DNA of 64,000 bases from positions 12,035 through 76,034 of IMG/VR virus record IMGVR_UViG_3300032216_000524, one strand, 5' to 3'. Of the stretch, positions 8,792 to 18,364 are shown piece after piece. The stretch is from a virus (lineage: Duplodnaviria > Caudoviricetes). The notes below the pieces were generated by a model that was not told where the DNA came from, ran no database searches, and worked only from the letters and a program-made list of their open reading frames with translations. The translations under genes were made by a program, and so were the position numbers. Position 1 is the stretch's first letter. Each line of letters opens with the position of its first letter.

Positions 8792-9334
8792 TTATTCTCC
8801 GAGTTCTTTTATGATTCTAACGAAATGCTCTTTGCTTTCACGCATGTACTCAACGATTTCGTTTTTATCTGCTAATACTTTATTTAGGAGTTCTTGCGTA
8901 GATTCATTTATTGCAACAATGGATCCGTCTTCAAGAACATACTGTAACTTTCCAGCAAATTCAGCAGTCTTTGATTCTTTGATGGCTGTAACAACTGGGT
9001 CAATAGTAAACACATTGGAAGAGGCAAGTTCGATGTATGATTCAATAAGGGTATCTGTAATCTTTTCGATATTATGATATTGTCTTATGTACTGTGCAAC
9101 TTTTTCTTCTGGGATTGTCGTATCAATATTGTCTAATAATTCTATATTTTCAATATATTTTTTAGCGTATTCCCTTGCCTCTTCCAATGTGCTAACATTG
9201 GATTCAATGGACAAACCATTGATTGAAATCTTAAAGTCTTCCGATACAGCCACATCATGGCCATATACTAGGAACGACGCAGCTAAACCATTGTCATTCA
9301 ATAGTTGTTTCTGGAATGACAAAAAAGATTTCAT
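8792..9334 (-). CDS. Hypothetical protein, possibly prohead core (gp68-position)
   Basis: 180-aa ORF coupled to the gp67-like gene; C-terminal LEDGSIVAIN..TQELL segment. The function call rests on position only. Confidence 0.55.
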   Translation of the reverse strand: MKSFLSFQKQLLNDNGLAASFLVYGHDVAVSEDFKISINGLSIESNVSTLEEAREYAKKYIENIELLDNIDTTIPEEKVAQYIRQYHNIEKITDTLIESYIELASSNVFTIDPVVTAIKESKTAEFAGKLQYVLEDGSIVAINESTQELLNKVLADKNEIVEYMRESKEHFVRIIKELGE

Positions 9335-9543
9335 TATTCTTCTTCTGTAGAAATTTCTTCTGTTTCGACTTCAGGCTCTTCATCAGAAATTTCTTCCTGT
9401 GAAACAAACATACTTTGAGCCATGTCAGTGCGCATTGCATCTAATTTCTCAGATACTTTTGCAGCCATAATAGAATTGAACGCATTGTCAATTCCTGTAG
9501 CTTCACCAGCTTGAATGGCGTCGATTAATTCACGAGTACTCAT
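9334..9543 (-). CDS. Prohead core protein, gp67-like
   Basis: 69-aa helical protein (LIDAI...F.SIMAAKVSEKLD.MR..MAQSMF) with an acidic tail, immediately after the portal gene. Confidence 0.7.
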   Translation of the reverse strand: MSTRELIDAIQAGEATGIDNAFNSIMAAKVSEKLDAMRTDMAQSMFVSQEEISDEEPEVETEEISTEEE

Positions 9544-11108
9544 TTACCTTCTCCTTGATCCTGATCTAAATAACCAGCTTTATCTAATTCATTATTTGTA
9601 GCAACCTGTTGGATGCCAGCCATTTGCCCTTGCATTTGGGCATTACTCAATTGGTAATCACCCTCTTTCTTAATTTGGGCTTCTTCAGCTTGAATCTGAT
9701 CTTCAGACATACGAAGAACATTCTTCTTAACCCAATTCACAGAGTAAAACTTACCAATGTATGGTTCCATCTGAATCAATGCTTGGATACGATTGTTTAA
9801 AATCTCAGTATCCTTCAACTCAGCGAACGCATTATCTTTCATAAAGTCGTAGCGGATGCTTTGTTTAATCTCATCCCACTCGTCTTCACGAATAATACCT
9901 TTGGCGATCAATTGAATTTTTAAAGCATCGTTAAACAAATTGGTAAATCTTTTACGCAATCTGGCGATATACTTTGTAAACTTTAATTCATCACGACTAA
10001 TCTCAGAAGAACGACCTAGTGAAAATCCACTGTCAGACTTCAAACGACTTGTTGGCACATTTAATGCCTGATATAATTTTTCTTGGAAATATTGAATGTC
10101 TTGGATTTCACCAAGATTTTGACCACCTGGAAGTGTAGTAATTTCTGTTCCCTTACCACCTTCACGACGAGGCATCCAAAAATCTTCAAGCATCGAAAGG
10201 AATTTACGATCATCACGGACTTCTCCAGTGTTGGCGTCGTAAACAACTTTATTACGATAACGATTCATCAAATCATTAACATACTGTTCTGCTTTAACTT
10301 TTGGCAGATTACCCACATCAACATAAAATATTCTGCGTTCTGGTGCACGAGAGATGCGATAGATAACAACAGCATCTTCGATCATCTTTAGTTGATTGAC
10401 TGGTTTAATCGCTTTATGTAAATGAGATAACATCATACCAGTGTTATTATCAACCATTCCAGAACCGCAATATAATACAGAGTCTAGCGTTAGACGAATA
10501 CCCTGTGTTGTATTTTCTGAAATTCCTTTGTCATTGTAGATATAGTATTCTTCGATACCAACTACAACTTCAACACCTTTTTTATCTTTGTCTTTTTTGA
10601 CATGTTTGATTTTACGAATCTTACGAGGATCAATTGGTCTTAACTCAACGATACCATTTCGTGGATTCTTTTCATCAATCAAAATATGGAAGTACAATCT
10701 TCCATCGATATACCATGTGCGGAAAAGGTCGTGACCTTTATCCGAAAACTTTAACAGCTTTAAAACATTTTCGTATTCTTCTCGTATTCTTTTTTTAATA
10801 CTGTCAGATACTTTAACATCGTCAGCTACAATCTTAACTGCTTCGTGGTCTTCTTCAACCACTAACGATTCATTTACAATATCTTCAATTGCACTATCGC
10901 AATCTGGATACTGAGAAACTTCACGATACCTACGAATCAAATCATTTTCGTTCTTAACAACACCTTCCATGTCAACGACTAGAGAGTAGTACGCTCCAGC
11001 GTTGACGGAAGTTGTTACAGTAGAACCATCATCAGGTTGAGGAGCTACCACTGAAGGTAGATCCTTTTCCTGTTTACGCTTTATTTCAAAACCGAATAAT
11101 TCAGCCAT
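9540..11108 (-). CDS. gp20: Portal vertex protein
   Basis: MAELFGFEI, YIDGRLYFH, LHKAIKPVNQLKMIEDAVVIYRISRAPERRIFYVDVGNLPK, EDFWMPRREGGKGTEITTLPGGQNLG. Confidence 0.98.
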   Translation of the reverse strand: MAELFGFEIKRKQEKDLPSVVAPQPDDGSTVTTSVNAGAYYSLVVDMEGVVKNENDLIRRYREVSQYPDCDSAIEDIVNESLVVEEDHEAVKIVADDVKVSDSIKKRIREEYENVLKLLKFSDKGHDLFRTWYIDGRLYFHILIDEKNPRNGIVELRPIDPRKIRKIKHVKKDKDKKGVEVVVGIEEYYIYNDKGISENTTQGIRLTLDSVLYCGSGMVDNNTGMMLSHLHKAIKPVNQLKMIEDAVVIYRISRAPERRIFYVDVGNLPKVKAEQYVNDLMNRYRNKVVYDANTGEVRDDRKFLSMLEDFWMPRREGGKGTEITTLPGGQNLGEIQDIQYFQEKLYQALNVPTSRLKSDSGFSLGRSSEISRDELKFTKYIARLRKRFTNLFNDALKIQLIAKGIIREDEWDEIKQSIRYDFMKDNAFAELKDTEILNNRIQALIQMEPYIGKFYSVNWVKKNVLRMSEDQIQAEEAQIKKEGDYQLSNAQMQGQMAGIQQVATNNELDKAGYLDQDQGEGK

Positions 11109-11130
11109 TATATAACCTCAAGTTTAAAAC

Positions 11131-11150
11131 CTAATTCCCGAAGGAATTAG
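11131..11150 (-). terminator. cUUCGg hairpin overlapping the gp19 stop (terminator or processing/stability signal)
   Basis: Minus strand CTAATTCC-TTCG-GGAATTAG, a perfect 8-bp stem, followed by GTTTT (short U tract). Confidence 0.7.
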
Positions 11151-11743
11151 ATTGGGAGAGGGAACGAACCTACTGGAGTATTGATAGTGGTACTAATACC
11201 AAAACCAGAACCACCAGATGAAGTATCAGAAACCCAGTAATTGTATTGGAATGTCACATCGAATGTTTCGACTTGGTTTGTTGTTTCAAAATCTAATGCA
11301 ATTGCACTAATGTTAATCGGATAAGCATCAACGAATTGATACGATTTAACTGTTGCACCATTACGATCTAACTGATTGCAAGACATTTGAACTTGATAGT
11401 CAGTTGGGTTTACACGACCCAAAGTAGTAGCATTGTTTTGAATGCCATTAGACCATTGTTCAAACGCATTACGAATATTAAAGTTAGTATCGTTATAGAT
11501 TGTTACTGACCAATTTTCAAAAGTTCTTTCTCCAGCAACACTGACCTGACGACCACGGTATTGAAGAGGAATATTTTCGATAGTTGATGCAGGTAAAGTA
11601 GTTGCTTTGCAAAGGAATTGACCTTGCAAACCAGCAATGCCAGCTAAAGTTACGAATGATGGGAACGCTAAATCAACACGGAATTGATTAGGACGAGCAC
11701 CACCACCGATCAGTTGGGCTTTAAAATCAGCAATATTTGCCAT
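11147..11743 (-). CDS. gp19: Tail tube protein
   Basis: FKAQLIGGGARPNQFRV, FLCKATTLPAS, YRGRQVSVAGERTFENWSVTIYND, QLDRNG...Y.FVDAYP. Confidence 0.96.
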   Translation of the reverse strand: MANIADFKAQLIGGGARPNQFRVDLAFPSFVTLAGIAGLQGQFLCKATTLPASTIENIPLQYRGRQVSVAGERTFENWSVTIYNDTNFNIRNAFEQWSNGIQNNATTLGRVNPTDYQVQMSCNQLDRNGATVKSYQFVDAYPINISAIALDFETTNQVETFDVTFQYNYWVSDTSSGGSGFGISTTINTPVGSFPLPI

Positions 11744-11762
11744 TTGTTATCTCCTTTATCTC

Positions 11763-11769
11763 TATTTAG
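11763..11769 (-). promoter_or_regulatory. Late promoter (CTAAATA) upstream of gp19
   Basis: CTAAATA in the gp18/gp19 gap, followed by an AAGGAG RBS. Confidence 0.65.
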
Positions 11770-11772
11770 GCA

Positions 11773-13977
11773 TTAACCACCGATCTCTGTGAAGTTCGCA
11801 GAAGAGCGAGCAGCAACAAAGTTCAGAGTAATGTAGTTGATAGAGCGATTTGGCTTAATGAAGATATCAGCAACGAACTGGTTAGCGTCAATGACTGCAC
11901 CAGTATTATTGGTGTCATCACACTTAACACGGAAGTCTACGATACCACGACGACCTTGAACATCACGGAGGAATGGCTCGACTAAGTTCTTGAACTGAGC
12001 ACGAGTGAAACCATCGTTAAATTCAAACAACTGGAATTTAGCAGCAGTTGCAATTGCTTTCTCAAGAACGATAAACAAGCGACGGACATTGATACGATCG
12101 AATGCGCTTGGTTTAGTTTGCATTGTCTTATCACCGTAAAGGATAATACCTTGTCCTGGGAAAGAAACAACTGGATTAATACCAGCTTTGTAAAGAGCAT
12201 CTCTAGACGCTTGGTCTGGATTGTGCGCCAACTTAACAACATTCTTGATAGTACCACGATTGTAACCACCTGGACTGAACCAAGGATCATTAGTGTGGTC
12301 AGTACGAGCACACAAACCAGCAGTATCAGCGTTCAATGGAACCCAACGATATTTGTCGTTGTAACGATCGTATTGATATTTGTAACCAGAATCCATAACA
12401 GCGTAGCTGTGGATAGTATTCATAGCGTTACGATATGCAACGATTTTGTCAGTAGCATCAGAAGTATTGCCAATGATTGGATCACCAGATGAAACATCTT
12501 GCGGAGAAACAAAAGCAACGCAATCAGCACGACCTTGTGCAAGATCAGCAATAATTGAAGCAGTAGAAGCAGTAGCCTTACCAGCAAAAATCAAACTGAT
12601 ATCATACAACTCTGCATTAGAGAATAATGCATAAGCGTTTTGTTGTTGACCAGCAGTCATTGTGAAATCGTCTACACCACCAACAAGATCAAAATCAGCT
12701 GCAGAAACTAGACTAGTAAAATTGTTTTCAATAGCACTAGTACCCCAGTCATCGTGACCACTGAGCGGTTTGTCCATCCACCAAATGTATGCAGAATTTG
12801 TATTCAATACATTTTTATAGTAGTTGTTTGTTCCGTCTTGTTTGCGAGCATCAGATGCTTTAGAAACGAAAGCAAATTTCTCTAGTACGGATCCTGGGAC
12901 ATTAGTCCAAGCACCAGTGCGGTCAACGATCAAAATATGCATTTCGTCATTTGAACCACCAACACTAGCAGCAAAAGTTGAAGTTCCTGGAGCAGAATCA
13001 AAATATGATTTGTATGCCCAAGTGTCGTATGTATCAGCATCAGCGTAATATACAGTAAGTGAATTACCTAAAGATCCTGGATATTTTGCAGCGAATTCGC
13101 CAACAACACCTTCACCATCTGCAAAACTTTGCAAATAGTCTTCAGAGTTTTTAATTTTTACGCCACCAGCTAAATTGACAGTACCAACAGCAGTAGCAGT
13201 AACGCCAGATAACGGAGCAGCAATACTAATTGAAGGCATTTCGTCGTAACCAGTACCAGCAACAGTAATAGTAATACCAGTAATGGTAGAACCACCAACA
13301 GTAACTGCACCAGCAGTAGCTGCAGCACCAGTATGTGTACCAGTGATAGTAACAGTTGGAGCAGCTTTATAACCAGATCCTGGAGTGTCAATTACAATAG
13401 CAGTAATAGTACCTGATCCATCAATAGTAGCGTGAGCGGTAGCAGTAGTACCTGAACCACCTGGAGCTGAAATTGTTACAGCTACACCACCATAACCACC
13501 AACAGAATAACCTAATCCACCAGTAGCAACAGCGATAGCAGAAATAACTCCACCAGATAATGTTACAGTAGCTTCAGCTTGAGTACCACCAGATACATTT
13601 GGAGCACCGATAGTTACATTTGGAGCAGCAGCAGTTGAGGAATAACCTGAACCTGCATTAGAGATGGATAATGTTGCTAATCCACCAGTTTGTGTTGCAA
13701 CAGCATTTAAACCATTTGTTGAATCAGTACGAACTAACAATAGATTGTTAGCATACGATAAAAAGTTTGCTGCTGATAAGAAAGATTGGAAGTTGGAATC
13801 GTTAGGTTTTCCGAATTGTTGAACCAAAACATTTTCCGAAGAAATTGTAATTGGTTGCATAACTGGACCCCAAGCAAAAGCTCCCGCAAATGCCCCAACA
13901 GAAGAACTAACTGCTGGAACGATTGACGAAAAGTCTTTTTCTACGACTGCAACACCTGGACTAAGTTGAAAAGGCAT
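11773..13977 (-). CDS. gp18: Tail sheath protein with Gly/Thr-rich inserted modules
   Basis: QLSPGVAVVEKD, GAFAWGPV, PWFSPGGYNRG, KPSAFDRINVRRLFI, FEFNDGFTRAQF, IFIKPNRSINYITLNFVA. Confidence 0.97.
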   Translation of the reverse strand: MPFQLSPGVAVVEKDFSSIVPAVSSSVGAFAGAFAWGPVMQPITISSENVLVQQFGKPNDSNFQSFLSAANFLSYANNLLLVRTDSTNGLNAVATQTGGLATLSISNAGSGYSSTAAAPNVTIGAPNVSGGTQAEATVTLSGGVISAIAVATGGLGYSVGGYGGVAVTISAPGGSGTTATAHATIDGSGTITAIVIDTPGSGYKAAPTVTITGTHTGAAATAGAVTVGGSTITGITITVAGTGYDEMPSISIAAPLSGVTATAVGTVNLAGGVKIKNSEDYLQSFADGEGVVGEFAAKYPGSLGNSLTVYYADADTYDTWAYKSYFDSAPGTSTFAASVGGSNDEMHILIVDRTGAWTNVPGSVLEKFAFVSKASDARKQDGTNNYYKNVLNTNSAYIWWMDKPLSGHDDWGTSAIENNFTSLVSAADFDLVGGVDDFTMTAGQQQNAYALFSNAELYDISLIFAGKATASTASIIADLAQGRADCVAFVSPQDVSSGDPIIGNTSDATDKIVAYRNAMNTIHSYAVMDSGYKYQYDRYNDKYRWVPLNADTAGLCARTDHTNDPWFSPGGYNRGTIKNVVKLAHNPDQASRDALYKAGINPVVSFPGQGIILYGDKTMQTKPSAFDRINVRRLFIVLEKAIATAAKFQLFEFNDGFTRAQFKNLVEPFLRDVQGRRGIVDFRVKCDDTNNTGAVIDANQFVADIFIKPNRSINYITLNFVAARSSANFTEIGG

Positions 13978-14038
13978 TGTAATTCTCCTTGTTACATTTA
14001 CATGTTATTTGTTTGTGCCATCTAAGCATTCACTATAT

Positions 14039-14045
14039 TATTTAG
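14039..14045 (-). promoter_or_regulatory. Late promoter (CTAAATA) upstream of gp18
   Basis: CTAAATA in the gp17/gp18 gap. Confidence 0.65.
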
Positions 14046-14058
14046 TTTTTTCCACTTT

Positions 14059-15696
14059 TTAGAAATTATGAAGGACTGGTTCTTCCGAACTTTGTCCATC
14101 AGCTATAAACCCAAATGGCGTTAATTCATCCTCAATCGCTTTAATACGAGTCCTATAAATTAGGTCTCTGAGATTGATATCATTTAAATCTTTAAAATAC
14201 GGCTGAGTAGTCAGCCACCCAAATAGAACCAAAGTCATTACTAAGTCGTCATTGTACCCATCATCAGCAGCATACGAACCTCTGTATTCTATGAAAGTTG
14301 TAATTTCTGAAATAATATCTGCGTCTGGGATCAATAACTTTTGTTCTTCGATCAGAGTTTTCAGATTCATACAACCAATTCGTTTCACCTTTCTGTCAGT
14401 GACCACACCCAGCTGGGCACGACCTCCACCAAAACCTCCAGAAACTGTTTGTCCCTGAGTGTTTCTATTTACAAAAAGAAGATTATCATATTCCAACTCG
14501 TGGTGTAGAATATTAGCAACCTGCTCTCCTATATTTATCTCTATTAAAATGTAGGCATTATTGTATTCCTTAGCCACTTTATAGATGAAGTTGGGATACA
14601 ATAGAGCAGAAACATCATTTTTTCTAAACTTCGCCACAATTTTATATGGCGCAGTTGTAATATCGATCACCGTAAAAGCAGAATAATCTTGTTCAATACC
14701 AGAAGCCACATCAGCTACAAGAACATAGGAGTGTGGTGGTTTAAAAATCTTCTTGCCTGTTTCAGGATCAATTTTATTTGTGTCTTCTTCGTAAACTGGC
14801 TCTTCAAAAACATCCAACCCATCTTTAGAATATATTGGATAGGAAGGTGACATCATTCCAATTACATCGGCATTGATGAGCGTAAGAGCAGAACCTAAAA
14901 ATTTACAAAGAACCTCTTGATTAAATTTAAGGTCACCAAGAATACCTTTTTGTTCGTCAGCCCACTCTTTAGTTCTTCCTGGAATTTCCCAGTAAGGAAT
15001 AAAACAATTTACAAAACCATTGCGACCATTCTCGGCATCGTTCCAGAACTTCCAAAAGTGATTATATCCTAATGGAGTTGAACTCAAAAGAATTTTTGTA
15101 GTTTCACCTGCAGAAATAGTAGGATAAACAGAAGTAAAAAATTGGTCAGCAACAGTGTTGGGAATAATTGCTGCTTCGTCAACATATAATAGATTAACAG
15201 ACTTACCACGAATACCAGAAGTAGAAGTAGCAGAAGTAAATACTTTAGATCCATTTTCTAACTCAACATCCCCTTTGTTCCAAGACTTAACACCTTGCTG
15301 AAGCCATATCGGCAAACCTTCATACATAACTTGATAACGAGCAAGAACCTCTCGAGCAGCAGTGGCTTTGTTAGCAAGAATAGCAACTGTTTTGGCTTCT
15401 TGAAATAGTGTATACCAAAGAATATATGCAGCAGAAGAAGTTGTTTTACCTTGCTGACGACCTTCCATAAGAATCACTTTACGATTCTCGTGGATAATTT
15501 TTAATTTTTTCTTTTGACAATCATACAATTTAAACAACTGTAAACCATGGTCAAGCGTGACAATTTGACAATAGGTTTCAATAAAGTAAATATAGTCAGA
15601 CCTACACTTAACGATTTCTTGTATCTGTTCCTGAGTAAACTGAACTGAAACGCCAATTGCTTTTAAATTCGGATTTGCATTATATATTTGTGCCAT
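14059..15696 (-). CDS. gp17: Terminase large subunit
   Basis: YNANPNLKA, GRQQGKTT (Walker A), ILANKATAAREVL, LLYVDEAA (Walker B), nuclease residues DVASG...D and DDGYNDDLVM; 545 aa, no intein. Confidence 0.97.
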   Translation of the reverse strand: MAQIYNANPNLKAIGVSVQFTQEQIQEIVKCRSDYIYFIETYCQIVTLDHGLQLFKLYDCQKKKLKIIHENRKVILMEGRQQGKTTSSAAYILWYTLFQEAKTVAILANKATAAREVLARYQVMYEGLPIWLQQGVKSWNKGDVELENGSKVFTSATSTSGIRGKSVNLLYVDEAAIIPNTVADQFFTSVYPTISAGETTKILLSSTPLGYNHFWKFWNDAENGRNGFVNCFIPYWEIPGRTKEWADEQKGILGDLKFNQEVLCKFLGSALTLINADVIGMMSPSYPIYSKDGLDVFEEPVYEEDTNKIDPETGKKIFKPPHSYVLVADVASGIEQDYSAFTVIDITTAPYKIVAKFRKNDVSALLYPNFIYKVAKEYNNAYILIEINIGEQVANILHHELEYDNLLFVNRNTQGQTVSGGFGGGRAQLGVVTDRKVKRIGCMNLKTLIEEQKLLIPDADIISEITTFIEYRGSYAADDGYNDDLVMTLVLFGWLTTQPYFKDLNDINLRDLIYRTRIKAIEDELTPFGFIADGQSSEEPVLHNF

Positions 15697-15697
15697 G

Positions 15698-16432
15698 TTA
15701 TGGTGTATCGTTCCAACTATCTAATATATCGCCATTAGCAAAATCGCCTTCAGCTGTGTATTTTGTTCCAAAGTCTGTTCCAGTAGCATTTACAAATATT
15801 GTGCTGATTGGACCAGAAGCAGAAATTGGACCAAAGAAATTCATCTTAAGAGTAAAAGTGATTGTATAGATTACCATTCGTCTTTCTTGAAAGTCCCCAT
15901 CATAGTTATCTTCAACAGATACACTATTCATAATGATTGGTATATCTAAATCAACACTCATTCTTGGAATGGCTTTGATTGTAAGGGTAAACTCTGGAGT
16001 AAAGAATGGTAAAATTTGTTCTACAATTTGTAATGCGTCTTCTTGAGTCTTAGTTAAAACATACAAAGAAACATCAATGTTATATGGTACTGGAGAATAT
16101 TGAGTTTTTAAATTTGGTTGCGCTGGATCGCTATTATCGTAACAAGATATTTTTGCCATACGATTTGTTTTACGAGAAGCGTCATAGGACATACCAGTAA
16201 TTTCAAAAGACATTCTTGGTAGTACAGCGTAAACATGTTTCTCTAAACCTGGATCCTGCTCAACACGAACTAACCATTTTTCTTTTGGTGCATATGTTAA
16301 TGGGATTACCAATTCTTGGCCAATAGTTCCATCATTTTTTTCTCTTTGAATTTTGATGTTACTAAACATTGAACCAAAGGCAACAATAACCTTACGAGTT
16401 AATCCGTGATAAAATGGAGGTATGTTAAGCAT
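15698..16432 (-). CDS. gp15: Tail sheath stabiliser / tail terminator
   Basis: FYHGLTRKVIVAFGSMF, IPLTYAPKEKW, LPRMSFEITGMSYDASRK, PVPYNI, QIVEQILPFFTP. Confidence 0.94.
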   Translation of the reverse strand: MLNIPPFYHGLTRKVIVAFGSMFSNIKIQREKNDGTIGQELVIPLTYAPKEKWLVRVEQDPGLEKHVYAVLPRMSFEITGMSYDASRKTNRMAKISCYDNSDPAQPNLKTQYSPVPYNIDVSLYVLTKTQEDALQIVEQILPFFTPEFTLTIKAIPRMSVDLDIPIIMNSVSVEDNYDGDFQERRMVIYTITFTLKMNFFGPISASGPISTIFVNATGTDFGTKYTAEGDFANGDILDSWNDTP

Positions 16433-17346
16433 TACTGAATATCTCCAAACGGATTATTAACATTAAATACTAACTCTGTAGCTTCTGCTTTGAACTTAAC
16501 ATTGTCGCCGAATGATTGAGGTAAATCTGGATCTGCTTCGATCGTGCAGTAGCCAGTTGCTTGATCTCCAAAATCTGGAGCAGCAATTTGTAATATTGGC
16601 GCAGTATCATATCCTGTTCCAACATCTGTAATAGTTAATTTAGTAACTTCACCATCAGAAATTGTAGCAACAACTTTAGCAGGTTTCCATGCAGCAGTAC
16701 CATTACCACCAGTCAATATAACTTCTGGTGCGCTAGTATAACCAGAACCACCATATTCTAAGAATACATGGGTAACTGCGCCAGTCGCATTTCGTGCAAA
16801 GTCTGTATCGTATGATTTAAGAGTTTCGAAAACATCGATATCTTTGAATCCAGTATCGATATGCTCGGAAGCATACTGGAATAGTTCAACTTGTAGTTTG
16901 TAAACATACAATTTACCCAACTGATAGAATGGGTCTTGGTGTTGAACGAATTTGATTTCAAACAAACCTTTAGTCAAAGGGAAGTAAAGTAAATCACCCT
17001 CACATGGTCTATTTGGTAATTGTGTAGTTCCGAAACGACCAACTAATTGATCCCATCTACGACGAGCAACAGTAAGAGTTGCTGACTGTTCCATCATTAA
17101 CCCAAATTTATTAATGAACGCACCCTGTCCCTCAAACCCATCTACGGAGTCGAGATACATTTCAATACCGAATGCCTGCTTAAATTCAGACAAACGATCT
17201 TCACCCAAGATGTTATCTTTGGCTACGAGAGTTCTTGGAATATAATAAAAGTCTTGTCCATAAATTTGCATGGACTCAATTATAATATCTTCCAATAGGT
17301 ATTGTTCGTTGCCAGTACCTTGAGAAAAGTAAACATTTCTTGCCAC
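16432..17346 (-). CDS. gp14: Neck protein with an inserted GSGY module
   Basis: MARNVYF, EQYLLEDIIIESMQIYGQDFYYIPR, RPCEGDLLYFP, LFEIKFVQH..PFYQLGK. Confidence 0.94.
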   Translation of the reverse strand: MARNVYFSQGTGNEQYLLEDIIIESMQIYGQDFYYIPRTLVAKDNILGEDRLSEFKQAFGIEMYLDSVDGFEGQGAFINKFGLMMEQSATLTVARRRWDQLVGRFGTTQLPNRPCEGDLLYFPLTKGLFEIKFVQHQDPFYQLGKLYVYKLQVELFQYASEHIDTGFKDIDVFETLKSYDTDFARNATGAVTHVFLEYGGSGYTSAPEVILTGGNGTAAWKPAKVVATISDGEVTKLTITDVGTGYDTAPILQIAAPDFGDQATGYCTIEADPDLPQSFGDNVKFKAEATELVFNVNNPFGDIQ

Positions 17347-17349
17347 AAT

Positions 17350-18363
17350 TTATCCTAAGAAAAAGTCTAGTGGTGCTGCTTTATTTTGAATTTCGTCTTC
17401 CAATTCTTTAATTTCGGAAATTGCTTCCTGATACAACTTATCACCATCTAGTGTAACACCCCCAGGAAGCTGCAATCCGCTAAACTTTTTAAGGTTAGTA
17501 CCCCACTGTCTTTTGATCAGTGCGGTTGTATATCTTTTGAGCCATGGCTCATTCCAAACACGACTAAACTCGTTTGGATCTAAAGCACGATATGCTTCAA
17601 TAACTATGTAGTTTCCTACTTCAACTTTGTTTGCAGTTTTCCAATCCATATCGATATACAATCTATTTTCTAAACGATTGAAACGATAGATAGGTTTACC
17701 ATTCAACACCAAATCTAGTGTTGCCAAATGTTGCATAACAGTTGTATAGTAAATCAACGAGGTACTAGACAAATCATAAAGGTCATTTAAACGCAATTGA
17801 TACTGCAAGTCAAAAATAGATTTTGAAGAGGAAGTGCCTTGATATAAATTTAGTACACGAGAAACGCCATATACAGCATCAGCCACTGGGATCCAACCAT
17901 TGTCTATATCACCAGCAGTAAAGAAATCATCAGCAGAAGAAACAGTTGCTGTTGGACCTTCTGCTCCACCAAACATTATAAGAGTTTCACCTTGTATAAA
18001 AGCAGCTGGACCAACTGGATTTACAGCCAAATGGGGTAACTTAATTAAACCAGCAACCTGCAGTACGCTTGGATCTGTTGTTGGATAAACTCTTGCCATT
18101 GTACCAGAAGTTTCTCCCTGAACAACCATACCATAAGTAAAATCTAATCCATTAGTTTCTACAATTTTTAATTGTGAAGCAGTAACCTGATGTTTCAAAT
18201 AGAATTTTTCGATACCATCATAGTGGTATAATCTAAAAATATCTAATGATTCGTCAATACGATCTTCAATCTGATCATCGTCTACATTTATCTCGAGTAC
18301 AGGTGCACCAAGATTGCGTAAACAATAATTTTTAAAATCTATTCTGCTTGCTGGAATCGCCAT
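17350..18363 (-). CDS. gp13: Neck protein with an internal insertion
   Basis: YCLRNLGAPVLEINVDDDQIEDRIDE, FDLQYQLRLND, WLKRYTTALIKRQWGTNLKKFSG.QLPGGVTLDG. Confidence 0.94.
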   Translation of the reverse strand: MAIPASRIDFKNYCLRNLGAPVLEINVDDDQIEDRIDESLDIFRLYHYDGIEKFYLKHQVTASQLKIVETNGLDFTYGMVVQGETSGTMARVYPTTDPSVLQVAGLIKLPHLAVNPVGPAAFIQGETLIMFGGAEGPTATVSSADDFFTAGDIDNGWIPVADAVYGVSRVLNLYQGTSSSKSIFDLQYQLRLNDLYDLSSTSLIYYTTVMQHLATLDLVLNGKPIYRFNRLENRLYIDMDWKTANKVEVGNYIVIEAYRALDPNEFSRVWNEPWLKRYTTALIKRQWGTNLKKFSGLQLPGGVTLDGDKLYQEAISEIKELEDEIQNKAAPLDFFLG

Positions 18364-18364
18364 C

